64,000 nt of DNA from Dehalococcoidia bacterium. GTDB taxonomy: Bacteria; Chloroflexota; Dehalococcoidia; UBA6926. The position numbers and the translations under genes are program-made. Below are positions 39,415 through 49,391 of the stretch, one piece after another. The notes beneath the pieces were generated by a model, which saw only the letters and a program-made list of their open reading frames with translations, was not told the DNA's origin and did not search any database. How positions within the stretch are numbered: position 1 is the first letter of the stretch; each line of letters starts with the position of its first letter. Where the stretch lies: the NCBI GenBank assembly GCA_963666115.2, contig CAXXET010000004.1:205247-269246 (forward strand), read 5' to 3'.

Positions 39415-40725
39415 CTAACCGGTTCGGCGCGAGGGGTGGGATTCCGGCAGGAGGATGCCGATTAGTCCTACTGTGACTGAGACGGGCAGGACGATGAAGA
39501 GGGCTGTTGCGAGCGAGCCTGTCCCCTCTTGCAGCACGCCCGCAAGAATCGGGCCGATGGTGGAGCCGAGAGGGGTGATCGTCCGGATAAGCCCAACCGC
39601 CACCGCAACTTCGCGCGGGCGGAACTGCATGTCGAACGGCACTGTCATGATCATCGGCACCACCGAGGACGTCATCATCCCTTGCAAGACCAGGAACGGC
39701 AACAGCGCCAGCGTCCATGAATCGCCCGACAGGAAACTATCGGGCAGCCACGCTATCAGGGGGTTGTCGGGGCCCATTGACAGGATGGTCAGGTAGAGGA
39801 CGGGCATGATGAATCCCTGGATGAAGATGAACGGCTTTCGCCGCCGCACCCAGTTGGATAACGGCCCGACGCTGAGCGAGCCAATCGTGCCGCCGATTGG
39901 GAACGCGGAGAACAGCAGGCCCACCGTGATCAGCGACAGCCCATGCTCCTCCTGCGCAAACGTCGGGAAGAACGTCACGAACGTCGCCCACGCCATCGCG
40001 CCGCCGAACTGTGTTGAGGCAATGACGAAGAGAATTGGATGCCGCTTGAGCACGCCCGCCGGGCCGCCCGGCGTCCCGTCGGCCCGCAGCGCGGCGGGCG
40101 GCATCTCCGTTGCCGAAGATTGGTACGGACGCTCGCGCCCAACGATGAACCACACGATTGCGACGCCGGCATAGACGACAGCAAGAAGCAGGTGGATACC
40201 CCGCCACCCGCCAACGTGGGGCATGAGTATCGGCACAAGCCCGATGGCGGCCAATTGGCCGATTCCGAAACTCGCGACCGTAATGGAATTGAGCGTGGCG
40301 ATGCGCGGTCCGCTGAACCACTGCTGGATCAACATCACCTCCGCCTGCGTCCTGGACACAAGCGCGTACATGAACATCAGCCTCGCCGCCAGCAGTATCC
40401 AGTAGTTCGGCGCGATGCCCTGCAAGACCGCGGTAATCGTCATGCCGATAAGCGCCAGCAAGGTCACGAGGCGCGGGCTGAACCGCGACATCCAGATCGC
40501 GGACGGCAGGGAGAGGGTGGTCAGCGCGACGAAGAATGCAGACCCCAGGTAGCCCTCCTCGACGGGCGTGATGTTGAACTCTTCGCGGATCTCCGGCAGG
40601 GTCAGCCCGATCAGGAAGATCATCACCGTGGACGTGCCGTCCACCGCCCACAGGGCGGACATGACGACCCACCCGGTGCGACGGGTGTAAGCCGGAGACT
40701 GTGCGGCGGCCCCGAGGCCGCTCAT
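39415..40725 (-). CDS. MFS transporter
   Basis: 436 aa polytopic membrane protein with MFS-like topology. Confidence 0.75.
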   Translation of the reverse strand: MSGLGAAAQSPAYTRRTGWVVMSALWAVDGTSTVMIFLIGLTLPEIREEFNITPVEEGYLGSAFFVALTTLSLPSAIWMSRFSPRLVTLLALIGMTITAVLQGIAPNYWILLAARLMFMYALVSRTQAEVMLIQQWFSGPRIATLNSITVASFGIGQLAAIGLVPILMPHVGGWRGIHLLLAVVYAGVAIVWFIVGRERPYQSSATEMPPAALRADGTPGGPAGVLKRHPILFVIASTQFGGAMAWATFVTFFPTFAQEEHGLSLITVGLLFSAFPIGGTIGSLSVGPLSNWVRRRKPFIFIQGFIMPVLYLTILSMGPDNPLIAWLPDSFLSGDSWTLALLPFLVLQGMMTSSVVPMIMTVPFDMQFRPREVAVAVGLIRTITPLGSTIGPILAGVLQEGTGSLATALFIVLPVSVTVGLIGILLPESHPSRRTG

Positions 40726-40732
40726 CGATGAA

Positions 40733-41167
40733 TCACGCAGGCTTGAACTTCACCAGCGTCCACTCGGGCGTGATGTCGTCATACACCGCGACGACGGGCA
40801 TGTTCACCTCAACGTCGTGCGGCTCAATGCCGATCACGTTGGAGATCATCCGCGCCCCCTCGTCCAATTGGATGATCGCGTACACATACGGCACGTCCTC
40901 GTTGAACCGCGGATCATTCGGCTGGTAGACGATGGTAAAGGCGTGGACGCGCCCGCGCCCAGAAACCGGCGCCCATTCAAGGTCGTCGGACAGGCAGGCG
41001 GGGCAAAGCTCGCGCGGGTAGAAGAAGAACCTGTCGCACATGCGGCATCGTTGGATCACCAGCTCGTGCCGCTTCGTCGCCTCCCAGAACGGCTTGGTGA
41101 AGTCCCCCAGCGTTGTGCCGTGCAACCCACCCGGAATCGGCAGCGGCTTTGTATACTCAGTCGTCAT
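40733..41167 (-). CDS. Zn-ribbon/OB-fold protein (DUF35 family), thiolase partner
   Basis: CRMCDRFFFYPRELCPAC zinc ribbon followed by an OB-fold region. It lies adjacent to the thiolase-like gene, as is usual for this family. Confidence 0.8.
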   Translation of the reverse strand: MTTEYTKPLPIPGGLHGTTLGDFTKPFWEATKRHELVIQRCRMCDRFFFYPRELCPACLSDDLEWAPVSGRGRVHAFTIVYQPNDPRFNEDVPYVYAIIQLDEGARMISNVIGIEPHDVEVNMPVVAVYDDITPEWTLVKFKPA

Positions 41168-41233
41168 CGTTTCATCCTAGAGCGCGGCCTCGGACCCGAG
41201 GACCAGGGTGGCCATACTGGACACCGTGCCGCC

Positions 41234-42334
41234 TCAACCGTTCACCAAACACAGGTCGTTCCGCTCAACCTGCCGAACGCCGCCCCGCCCCATGATCTGC
41301 CGCGTCGCCTCGATCACGTGGCGGAACCCGCCCGCGTCGCCGGGCTGCCCGCATGAGAGCTGGCCGCCGTCCGTGTTGATCGGAAACTCGCCCTTGTACG
41401 TCGTATCCGTTGACGCGAAGAACGGGCCGATGTCGCCCTTGGGCACAAGCCCCGCGTCCTCAAGGCACACGGCATGAAGGATGGTGTAGCAATCGTAGAA
41501 CTGCGCGAACTCGATGTCGGACGGCCCGTACCCCGCCATGCCGAGCGCGATGGGCGCGGAGCGCGTCACCACCGAGCGCGTTAGTCGTTCCCGCTGCCAA
41601 CCCGACAGCGGGTCGCACGCGATGCCCGCGCCCAGGATGTACACAGGCTTGTTCTTGAGCGATTTCGCTCTCTCGGCGGACGTGAGAATGATGGCCGACC
41701 CGCCCGCGCACGGCATCACGGACTCCAGCAGCCGGATCGGATAGTTGATATACCGCGAATTGAGCACGTCCTCGATGGTCAGCGGCTGCCCGCGAAACAC
41801 CGCGTTCTCATTCTCCAGCGCGTTGAAGCGTTGGTTCACGGAGATATTGGCCAACTGCTCCTGCGTGGTGCCGTATTCGGCCATGTGGCGGGAGTACATG
41901 AGGCCGTAGCCGGTGTTCGCCGCGACGGCGGGGCCGTAAGGGTCTTCAAATTCGGTTCGCAGCCCCGGCGTGGCAGGACTGCCCCACGGGCTGCCCGCCT
42001 GCCGCGCCTCCGACAGCGTGACGAGGACGGTGGTGGCGAGCCCCGAGTAGATGGCCATCGCCGCGACGGACGTCGCCGTTGCCCCGCTCGCGCCCATCGT
42101 GCTGACGCCGGTTACGAAGTTGGGGTTGAGGCCCATGTATTCGCCGATGGGAGCGGGATAGAAGCTGCCGCCCTCAACGACGAGCCCGTCGATTTCCTCC
42201 TTGCGGATGCCCGCGTCGACAATCGCGTCGCGCGTCGCCTCCGCCATCAGCCCCAGGGCGGTGCGCCCCTCATAGGTGCGGCGCGTCGGCATCTCCGCGA
42301 AGCCCACAATCGCCGCTGCGCCTCGCATCGTCAT
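41234..42334 (-). CDS. Thiolase-like protein (SCP-x / lipid-transfer type)
   Basis: 366 aa with AAIVGFAEMP at the N-terminus, a thiolase-fold pattern and pairing with DUF35. Confidence 0.8.
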   Translation of the reverse strand: MTMRGAAAIVGFAEMPTRRTYEGRTALGLMAEATRDAIVDAGIRKEEIDGLVVEGGSFYPAPIGEYMGLNPNFVTGVSTMGASGATATSVAAMAIYSGLATTVLVTLSEARQAGSPWGSPATPGLRTEFEDPYGPAVAANTGYGLMYSRHMAEYGTTQEQLANISVNQRFNALENENAVFRGQPLTIEDVLNSRYINYPIRLLESVMPCAGGSAIILTSAERAKSLKNKPVYILGAGIACDPLSGWQRERLTRSVVTRSAPIALGMAGYGPSDIEFAQFYDCYTILHAVCLEDAGLVPKGDIGPFFASTDTTYKGEFPINTDGGQLSCGQPGDAGGFRHVIEATRQIMGRGGVRQVERNDLCLVNG

Positions 42335-42443
42335 GACTCACCCCCAATCCACATGATACTCACCATGCGCGTTGATGAGACTAGAGTTTACACTGAATAG
42401 GGATGCTTGTGCGCCCACATTTCTGTTCACCCGGGTGAGGGAC

Positions 42444-44156
42444 ATGACTCCGTCTGCCGAATTCGTTGACCTGATCCAGATTCTCGGTGTCGCCACCGTT
42501 GCGGCCGTTGCCGCGACGCTGCTGCGACAGCCGATTGTCGTCGCGTTTATCTTTGTCGGCGTCTTCGTCGGCCCGGCCGGCATCGACATGGTGCCTGCGG
42601 ATTCTGAGTTCGTTGACCTGTTCGGGCGCGTGGGAATTGCACTGCTGCTCTTCGTCGTCGGCCTGAAGCTCGATCCCGCGCTCATCCGCACAGCCGGTTT
42701 CGTTGCCGTCGTCTCCGGCCTTGGACAAGTGATCATCACGACCATCATCGGTTTCCTGATTACGTTCATCTTTGGGGTCGATCTCCTGTCGGCGCTTTAC
42801 ATCTCGCTTGCGCTAACGTTCTCGAGCACAGTCATCATCGTGAAGGTTCTCTCCGACCGGCGCGAGATCGACTCACTCCATGGGCGCATCGCGCTCGGCA
42901 TCCTGATCGTGCAGGACATTGTCGTCATCGTTGCCCTCACCCTGCTGTCCGGCCTCGAAGGGGCGGAGAGCGCCGAGTCGACCCTCCAGCAGTTGGGGCT
43001 GAGCGTGCTGCGCGGGGCGGCGCTTGTCGCAGCCATGATCATCATGGCGCGATTCCTTCTCCCGCTCATCGAGCCGCGCCTGCTCACAACGCCTGAAGTG
43101 CTGGTTCTGGGCGGCATCGCGTGGGCCGTGCTCATGGCGGCAGGCGCAACGTGGGCGGGATTCAGCCCAGAGATGGGCGCGTTCGTCGCAGGCATCGTGC
43201 TAGCGACCAAGAGGCCGCGCCAACTGGTGGCCGCCCGCCTCACCACCGTTCGAGACTTCCTCCTGCTCTTCTTCTTCGTGAGCCTGGGAGTTCACCTACA
43301 CCTTTCCGATTTGCAGGACCAACTCCTGGGCGCGATTGGGCTTTCACTCTTCGTGCTGGTGGGCAACCCGCTTATCGTCATGGGCATCGCCATTGCAATG
43401 GGTTTCCGCGCCCGCACGGGCCTAGTTGCCGGAATGGCGCTCGCCCAGATCAGCGAATTCTCCTTCATCCTGATGGCGCTGGGGTTGGATCTGGGCCACG
43501 TGGACGAATCCAGCCTTGCCCTCGTCACGCTGGTCGGGCTGATCACGTTCGCCGCGTCCACGTACATGATCACGTACGCCAACCAGATATACAGGTTCTT
43601 GCAGCCCGTGATGAGCAAAATCGAACGCCCCGTCGCGCATCGGGAAGATGAAATCATCGATGAGGCGGATCAGCCCGTCCAGGTTCTTGTTTTCGGAACG
43701 GGGAGGCTGGGCACCGTCATCCTCTCGCGGCTGCGCGAGATTGGCGTTGAGGCGATGGGCGTCGATTTCGACCCCGTCGCCGTGCGGCGTCTACAGGAAC
43801 TCGGATTCCACATGAGATTCGCGGATGTTGAAGCCCCGGAATTCCTGCAAGGGCTGCCCCTGTCGTCGGCGCAGATGGCGGTGTCAACTATTCGCGCGCC
43901 CGATATCGAGGTGGGACTCGTCGAGGCGCTGCGGGACAACAACTTCCGCCGCCCCGTCCTCCTGACCAGCCAATCGGCCGCGACGGCCCATCGCCTTGAA
44001 GACCTGGGCGCGACGCTTGTGCTGCTGCCGTTTGAAGCCGCGGGCGAGCGGGCATCGGAGATGATCGAGGAAACGCTGCGCGATCCGACGTACCTGGAAC
44101 GCGCCCGCTCCAGCCCGCGCGCTCCGGTGGAGGATGAGTCGCTGGAGGAGCAGTAG
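42444..44156 (+). CDS. Cation:proton antiporter (Kef-type) with a C-terminal RCK/TrkA-N domain
   Basis: It has an Na+/H+ exchanger-family TM domain and then the Rossmann motif VLVFGTGRLG. The start is taken at MTPSAEF (42444). Confidence 0.8.
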   Translation: MTPSAEFVDLIQILGVATVAAVAATLLRQPIVVAFIFVGVFVGPAGIDMVPADSEFVDLFGRVGIALLLFVVGLKLDPALIRTAGFVAVVSGLGQVIITTIIGFLITFIFGVDLLSALYISLALTFSSTVIIVKVLSDRREIDSLHGRIALGILIVQDIVVIVALTLLSGLEGAESAESTLQQLGLSVLRGAALVAAMIIMARFLLPLIEPRLLTTPEVLVLGGIAWAVLMAAGATWAGFSPEMGAFVAGIVLATKRPRQLVAARLTTVRDFLLLFFFVSLGVHLHLSDLQDQLLGAIGLSLFVLVGNPLIVMGIAIAMGFRARTGLVAGMALAQISEFSFILMALGLDLGHVDESSLALVTLVGLITFAASTYMITYANQIYRFLQPVMSKIERPVAHREDEIIDEADQPVQVLVFGTGRLGTVILSRLREIGVEAMGVDFDPVAVRRLQELGFHMRFADVEAPEFLQGLPLSSAQMAVSTIRAPDIEVGLVEALRDNNFRRPVLLTSQSAATAHRLEDLGATLVLLPFEAAGERASEMIEETLRDPTYLERARSSPRAPVEDESLEEQ

Positions 44157-44352
44157 CTGCCGTCTAGTCGATGACGCCGATGCGCGGGCGCAGGCCGCGC
44201 TCCCGGCGTGTCAGCCGGAATCCGGCGCGGGACTCCGTTCGGTCGCGCTGTTTCGCGGCATCCGCCCACCCCTCATGGGCGAGGAGGCGTTCCTTGACGG
44301 CCAGCCCGCCGCCGAATCCGGTAAGGGCGCCGTCCGCGCCCACGACGCGATG

Positions 44353-44766
44353 TCAAGGGACGACGACGCCGAGCGGGTTGGCGCCAACCGCCTGCCCGAT
44401 GGCGCGCGCCGCCTTTGGCCTGCCGATGGCGTGCGCCACGTCACCGTATGTCCACACCTTGCCGGCGGGAATCTCGGTGAGGGTCTGCCAAACGGCGCGC
44501 TGGAAGTCCGTTCCGCCGTCCATGTCCAGCGGGCCCGAGAGATCCATCTCCTCCCCGTTCGTGTAGCGCGCCAGCGCGTCCGCCCAGTGGTTGAGAACCT
44601 CATTGGCAGGATCGTCATGGAGGAGGCCGGGGATGTCCGCGCGCTCCTGCTCGATGAGCGCCCGATCATCATGCGGCCCCAGGACGGCTTTCAGACCCTT
44701 TGGCGAGGCGATAAGGCCGAGGAATCCGAGCGGCGTCGAAATAACCCTGTGACCGTTAGCGTGCAT
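44353..44766 (-). CDS. ogt: Methylated-DNA--protein-cysteine methyltransferase (Ogt/MGMT), reading frame stopped by TGA at the catalytic-Cys codon
   Basis: It has the N-terminal domain, then FQRAVWQTLTEIPAGKVWTYGDVA...RAIGQAVGANPLGVVVP followed by TGA. The same frame continues [17 protein letters not shown]...LAHEG to a TAG at 44164. See the finding at 44164..44766. Confidence 0.8.
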   Translation of the reverse strand: MHANGHRVISTPLGFLGLIASPKGLKAVLGPHDDRALIEQERADIPGLLHDDPANEVLNHWADALARYTNGEEMDLSGPLDMDGGTDFQRAVWQTLTEIPAGKVWTYGDVAHAIGRPKAARAIGQAVGANPLGVVVP

Positions 44767-47104
44767 CTGCGGTTCTCCTTCTCACCCTGGCGCGTCCCCT
44801 CGGCACGAATCTCAGCAGCGTCAACGCCAGCAGGCCGAATACGATCGCGCGCCATGAGAACGGCCTGTCCGGCGCGGCGTCCTTATCAGGACCATACAGG
44901 ACATGGTCGTACCATTGCACCACGCCGTACAGCGCCCACGTTGCGCGAGGCCATGCGGCGGACAGGCGGCTGATGTACTCCGCCGGCGTCTCATCGGGCC
45001 TGGTCTTGACCCCCGCCAGCCGTCCAAGCCGGACGGTTCGCGCGTATGCCCGCCCGGCGGTGCGCGGCCGCGCCAATGCCTGCCACCAGAAGAACACGAG
45101 GATTGAGAGGCCAACGACGCCAAGAATTGCGCCCGCTCCGTACCAGACCCTCGGATCGATCCCCACGTCCGGCAAAATCCCGGCGCCGGCATCGTCAAAC
45201 TCCTGGTCGGCGGCGTCGAGGAAGCTGTCCTCCTGCAGCAGGTCTGCTTCCTCAAATGCGAACGCGCCGAGATCGCCCGCAAGCTCAAGGTCAACGTCGG
45301 GAACGAGCGCGGAGAACGTCCCCGTTGGCCCGCCGGGCGCGTCCGGCTCAACGTTCGGCGTCGGCTCAAACGGAATCCACCCGTACCCGGGGAAATAGGC
45401 TTCCGCCCACGAATGGAGATCGGTCTCGCGAACGACGAACGCGCCCAACTCGTCGTTGTACTCGCCGGGCAGATAGCCGACTGCCAGCCGGGCGGGGACC
45501 CCCACCGCGCGCAGCATCACCGTCATGGCGGAACCGAAGTACTCGCTGTAGCCTGCCTTTTCGCGGAAGAGGAAGTGTTCAAGGCCGTCAACGCCCGGGG
45601 GCGGGGCGTTGATGTTTTGGGAGTATTCGAGCTTGCGCAAGTATTCACGGATGGTGACGGCCTTGAGGTACGGCGTATCGGCGTCTTCGGCCCAGGTTTC
45701 CGCCAACTTGCGGACGCTCGGCGGCAAGTCGTCCGGCAACTGCAGATACCTCTCTGCCACCCAGTTTTTGTATTGGGGAGTGAGCGTGGTGATGTCCTCG
45801 ACCGTTACCTGCGGGACGTAGGTTTGGACGGTATACCGCTGGTTGGGCTGCAACACGTCCGGGCTTTCCAGCTTGACCAGCCGATGGCCCTCATCGACGT
45901 CAATGTTGGTGAATTGGGCCTCGACGGGCAGGGTTGTGCGGAGAGGGGTGGCGGCGGTAAAGACGGTGGTCGCGGGGGCCTTGAGTTCAAAGGTCACGTT
46001 CCGAACACACTCCGGGCAGTTCGTGTAGCTGCTCCCCGCAATGTCCTCCAGTCCTCGCCGCTCATCGACGACCATCGGGCTGTTGCTCCAACCCCAGCCC
46101 GCGTAGCGGTCATAGGTCCGCGCGCGCCAGTACAGCCGCTCATCGCTCTCGACATGCATCAAAATATCGGAGGGGAGGTTGATGTTGCCCCTGAACGGCA
46201 GCTCATCCGTGAAGCCGGACAGCCCCATCGACCGGCGCGCGGGCAGCGAGGCGAAGATGCGCGTGAACGTGCCTTCGGCGTTGCCGATGGGAGACCGCAC
46301 TTCCGCCCAAAATGAGCGGACGACGCGCGGGCCTGAGCCAAGCGACGGCGTCACTGTCACGACGAGGAACACGATCAGCGCAAACCAGATGCCGGCGTGC
46401 ATGACGTGGGCAGGCAGCCAGGACCCCTGCGCGGCTGTCTGCTCATCCCATTTGCGGCTGCGTTCAAGATGGACGAGGCGGACGATGAGCAGGGCGGAGG
46501 CGAGCAGGAACGCCATGAAGAACGGGAGGGAGCTTGGCGGCAGGTAGGTCAGGTTGGTGACGATGGCGAACCCTGCCGGCAGCGTGGCCCAGATGTTGCG
46601 CAGCCGCAGCGTCAGGTAGACAGTCACGTAGGCAACGGCCCATGCGCCCAGCAGGAGCAGGAAGACGAACGTCAGCCTGTCCGTGCTTGCGCCGCCCTCC
46701 AACAACGCCTGCGCCCACAGCGTCATGCGGTAGACCGCGCTCAGCGCCCTGCCCTCCAGACTAGCCCCGGCCACGACCGTCAGCGTTTGCGCGAACGCCT
46801 GCGCCAGCGCGATGAACAGGGCAACCGCGTGCTGGACGACATGACTGCGGCGATGCTTCGCGTTGATCAGCCCCGCCGCGCCCCCGATGAGCACCGCAAA
46901 CGCCACCCCCGGAATCACGGGAACCCAGTGGGCATCCTCAACGCTCCAAACAACGATCGCGGCGACCATAAACGCCAAGCCAACCGTCAGCCATCCCGTG
47001 TCCGGGTACGCCGCCGCCCGATGCCACGAGCGCGTCAGCCACGGCGGCACGTCGACGGGCTGGGCGGGCGGCATCCGCTGCTCTGCCGTGCTCACGCTCC
47101 CCAC
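44756..47104 (-). CDS. Transglutaminase-like membrane protein (TgpA-type)
   Basis: It has multiple N-terminal TM helices and the transglutaminase core region GYSEYFGSAMTVMLRAVGVPARLAVGY...DLHSWAEAYFPGYGWIPFEPT. It is the last gene of a MoxR-DUF58 operon. Confidence 0.8.
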   Translation of the reverse strand: MGSVSTAEQRMPPAQPVDVPPWLTRSWHRAAAYPDTGWLTVGLAFMVAAIVVWSVEDAHWVPVIPGVAFAVLIGGAAGLINAKHRRSHVVQHAVALFIALAQAFAQTLTVVAGASLEGRALSAVYRMTLWAQALLEGGASTDRLTFVFLLLLGAWAVAYVTVYLTLRLRNIWATLPAGFAIVTNLTYLPPSSLPFFMAFLLASALLIVRLVHLERSRKWDEQTAAQGSWLPAHVMHAGIWFALIVFLVVTVTPSLGSGPRVVRSFWAEVRSPIGNAEGTFTRIFASLPARRSMGLSGFTDELPFRGNINLPSDILMHVESDERLYWRARTYDRYAGWGWSNSPMVVDERRGLEDIAGSSYTNCPECVRNVTFELKAPATTVFTAATPLRTTLPVEAQFTNIDVDEGHRLVKLESPDVLQPNQRYTVQTYVPQVTVEDITTLTPQYKNWVAERYLQLPDDLPPSVRKLAETWAEDADTPYLKAVTIREYLRKLEYSQNINAPPPGVDGLEHFLFREKAGYSEYFGSAMTVMLRAVGVPARLAVGYLPGEYNDELGAFVVRETDLHSWAEAYFPGYGWIPFEPTPNVEPDAPGGPTGTFSALVPDVDLELAGDLGAFAFEEADLLQEDSFLDAADQEFDDAGAGILPDVGIDPRVWYGAGAILGVVGLSILVFFWWQALARPRTAGRAYARTVRLGRLAGVKTRPDETPAEYISRLSAAWPRATWALYGVVQWYDHVLYGPDKDAAPDRPFSWRAIVFGLLALTLLRFVPRGRARVRRRTADAR

Positions 47105-48348
47105 CTCTCGGGCCGCGTGAAGCTGCGGCGGTTGCCCGGCTGCATGGCAATCGGGCCCAGCGCGTTGAAGCTCAGGGCGCGCCCGATGTCATCGCCGAGC
47201 CGCACGATATACGCCGCGACGCCCATCGAATACAGGCTCGCAAGTTCGGCGGAGTGGTCGCCGGACGCGCCGAAACTCGTCGGCTCCAGCAGGATGACCG
47301 CCCCGGGCGAGTTCCGCTCTTGCAGGATGGACGCGGCGGCGATGGCGTCTTGCACAGACGGGGTGATGGCGATGACGCCGGTTCGACGGCTGAATTGCGC
47401 CTCGTGGATGCCGAGCAGTTCACCCAGGCTGACCCTGCCCTCCGCCCGGCACAGCGCTAACGCTTCCAGGATGCGCCACAGGTGCTTGTCGCCGGTTCCG
47501 TTGGGGATGGTGTATTCGGAATCGCCGATGGCGGAGAAGCCCACGCCGTTGTCGAACTCCAGCAGGTAGCGCGCGATGGAGGCGGCAACCGTGACGCTAA
47601 CCTCTTCCGTGCCGCTCAGGCCCTCGCCCACCTGCACAGCCGCGTTGAGGTCGAGGAGTATCGAGAGATCGGACTGCACCTCCGTCTCGAACTCCTTGAC
47701 CATGAGGCGGTTGAGCTTCGCGCTGCTCTTCCAATGGATGCGGTTGAGGCTGTCGCCAACGGTGTAGCGTCGAACGGATACGACGTTGGGCGTGAACTGG
47801 GACGTTGCGCGGTAGTCCGGCGCGTCGCCCGTCTCCTCCGCGCTGGAGATCACGAAGTCGTCAAGCGGGAACGGGGCCGGATAGACGACCAGTTCGCGCC
47901 GCTCGCCGATGACTCGCGTCGTCTCGAAAAGGCCGAACGGGTCGGACGCCGTGACGCGCAGCGGCCCCCAGTGAAAGCGGCCGCGCTTGTCCGCGCGCGT
48001 TCCCAGTTTCGTCCAGTTGCGCGAGCCGCGCGTGGGCACGCCCATGACCTCGGACGCAAGCGCAGGAACGTCGCCGATGTCCTCGATATGCAGCCAGGGG
48101 CGCGGCAGGAGGGAGGTATTTTCCAGCCACACGGACTCCTCCACGCGCTCCCCCACCTGCGCCAGCGACGGCTGATCGTCCGCGCCCGCGCTGATTCCGC
48201 GCAGGCTCAGCTTCGTCCACAGCCACGCCAGGATGAACACGGCGATGACGGCGCTGAGCAGATAGGACATGACGTAGAATCCCGACCCAAGGGTCAGGAA
48301 GAGCGCCATCAGGATCAGCGCGCCCAGATAGACGCGGCGACTCCGCAC
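47092..48348 (-). CDS. DUF58 domain protein
   Basis: VRRYTVGDSLNRIHWKSSAKLNRLMVKEFE signature, with the usual position downstream of MoxR. Confidence 0.85.
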   Translation of the reverse strand: MRSRRVYLGALILMALFLTLGSGFYVMSYLLSAVIAVFILAWLWTKLSLRGISAGADDQPSLAQVGERVEESVWLENTSLLPRPWLHIEDIGDVPALASEVMGVPTRGSRNWTKLGTRADKRGRFHWGPLRVTASDPFGLFETTRVIGERRELVVYPAPFPLDDFVISSAEETGDAPDYRATSQFTPNVVSVRRYTVGDSLNRIHWKSSAKLNRLMVKEFETEVQSDLSILLDLNAAVQVGEGLSGTEEVSVTVAASIARYLLEFDNGVGFSAIGDSEYTIPNGTGDKHLWRILEALALCRAEGRVSLGELLGIHEAQFSRRTGVIAITPSVQDAIAAASILQERNSPGAVILLEPTSFGASGDHSAELASLYSMGVAAYIVRLGDDIGRALSFNALGPIAMQPGNRRSFTRPERWGA

Positions 48349-48357
48349 GCTGCCCCC

Positions 48358-49332
48358 TCAGTTCCGCAGCCACCCTCGCGGCACGGCTCCCGGCACAGGC
48401 ACGCGCTCCAGCACCTGCGCCAGCACGTCGTCGGTCGTGACGCCCTGCATCCGCGCGTTCGGGTTGAGGATGATGCGATGCCCCAGGATCGGGCCGACCA
48501 GCCGCTTGATGTCGTCCGGGAGCACGTAATCACGGCCGTCCATCACCGCGCGGGCCTGCCCCCCGCGAAAGAGTGTCAGCGCCCCCCGCGGCGATGCACC
48601 CACGTAGACGGAGCCGTGCTCGCGCGTGCCGTCCACGATGTCCACGATGTACCGCTTGATCAAATCGTCCACGTACACCTGCCGCACCGCCTGTTGGAGG
48701 TCCAGCGCCTCCTCCGTCGACGTGACCGGCTCGATGGAGTCTATCGGGTGTTCGAGGCGCGTTCGATCCATGATTTCCATTTCGGAATCGATCGTCGGAT
48801 AACCCAGCGAGAGGCGCAGGAAAAAGCGGTCGCGCTGCGCTTCCGGCAGCAGGAACGTCCCCTCATGCTCCAGCGGGTTCTGCGTGGCGATCACGTGGAA
48901 CGGCTGCGGCAGCGGGTGCGTCACGCCATCCACCGTCACCTGCCCCTCCTCCATCGCCTCCAGCAGCGCGGATTGGGTCTTCGGCGTGCCGCGGTTGATC
49001 TCATCGGCAAGGAGGACGTGCGCGAGAACGGGGCCTGCGCGGAACTCAAACTCGCCGGTGCGCTGGTTGTAGAGGTTGACGCCAATGACGTCCGTGGGCA
49101 GCAGATCGGGGGTGAACTGGACGCGCTTGAATGACGCGCCGAGGGAGACGGCAACGCTGCGGGCCAGCATCGTCTTGCCGACGCCAGGCACGTCCTCGAT
49201 CAGGAAGTGGCCGCCGCCCAACACGGCCGTCAGCGCAAGCTCCGCCGCCGCGCGCTTGCCCACGATGACCCGTTCGACGTTTTCCAACGTCTTGTCCACA
49301 ACCTCGCGCGCGCGGTCAACCGTCGCTGCCAC
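48358..49332 (-). CDS. MoxR-family AAA+ ATPase
   Basis: HFLIEDVPGVGKT Walker A, LLADEINR Walker B and ATQNP sensor motifs are present. Confidence 0.9.
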   Translation of the reverse strand: MAATVDRAREVVDKTLENVERVIVGKRAAAELALTAVLGGGHFLIEDVPGVGKTMLARSVAVSLGASFKRVQFTPDLLPTDVIGVNLYNQRTGEFEFRAGPVLAHVLLADEINRGTPKTQSALLEAMEEGQVTVDGVTHPLPQPFHVIATQNPLEHEGTFLLPEAQRDRFFLRLSLGYPTIDSEMEIMDRTRLEHPIDSIEPVTSTEEALDLQQAVRQVYVDDLIKRYIVDIVDGTREHGSVYVGASPRGALTLFRGGQARAVMDGRDYVLPDDIKRLVGPILGHRIILNPNARMQGVTTDDVLAQVLERVPVPGAVPRGWLRN

Positions 49333-49391
49333 TATCTACCCCCCGGCCCGCCGACTGCCCTACAATCAACCGACAATACCACAGCGAGCCA

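Noticed and set aside
44353-44355. Genome-wide reassignment of TGA as an explanation for the in-frame TGA in ogt.
   Set aside because: metF (2384..2386), glmU (4389..4391) and glmS (10376..10378) all terminate at TGA at the expected protein ends.
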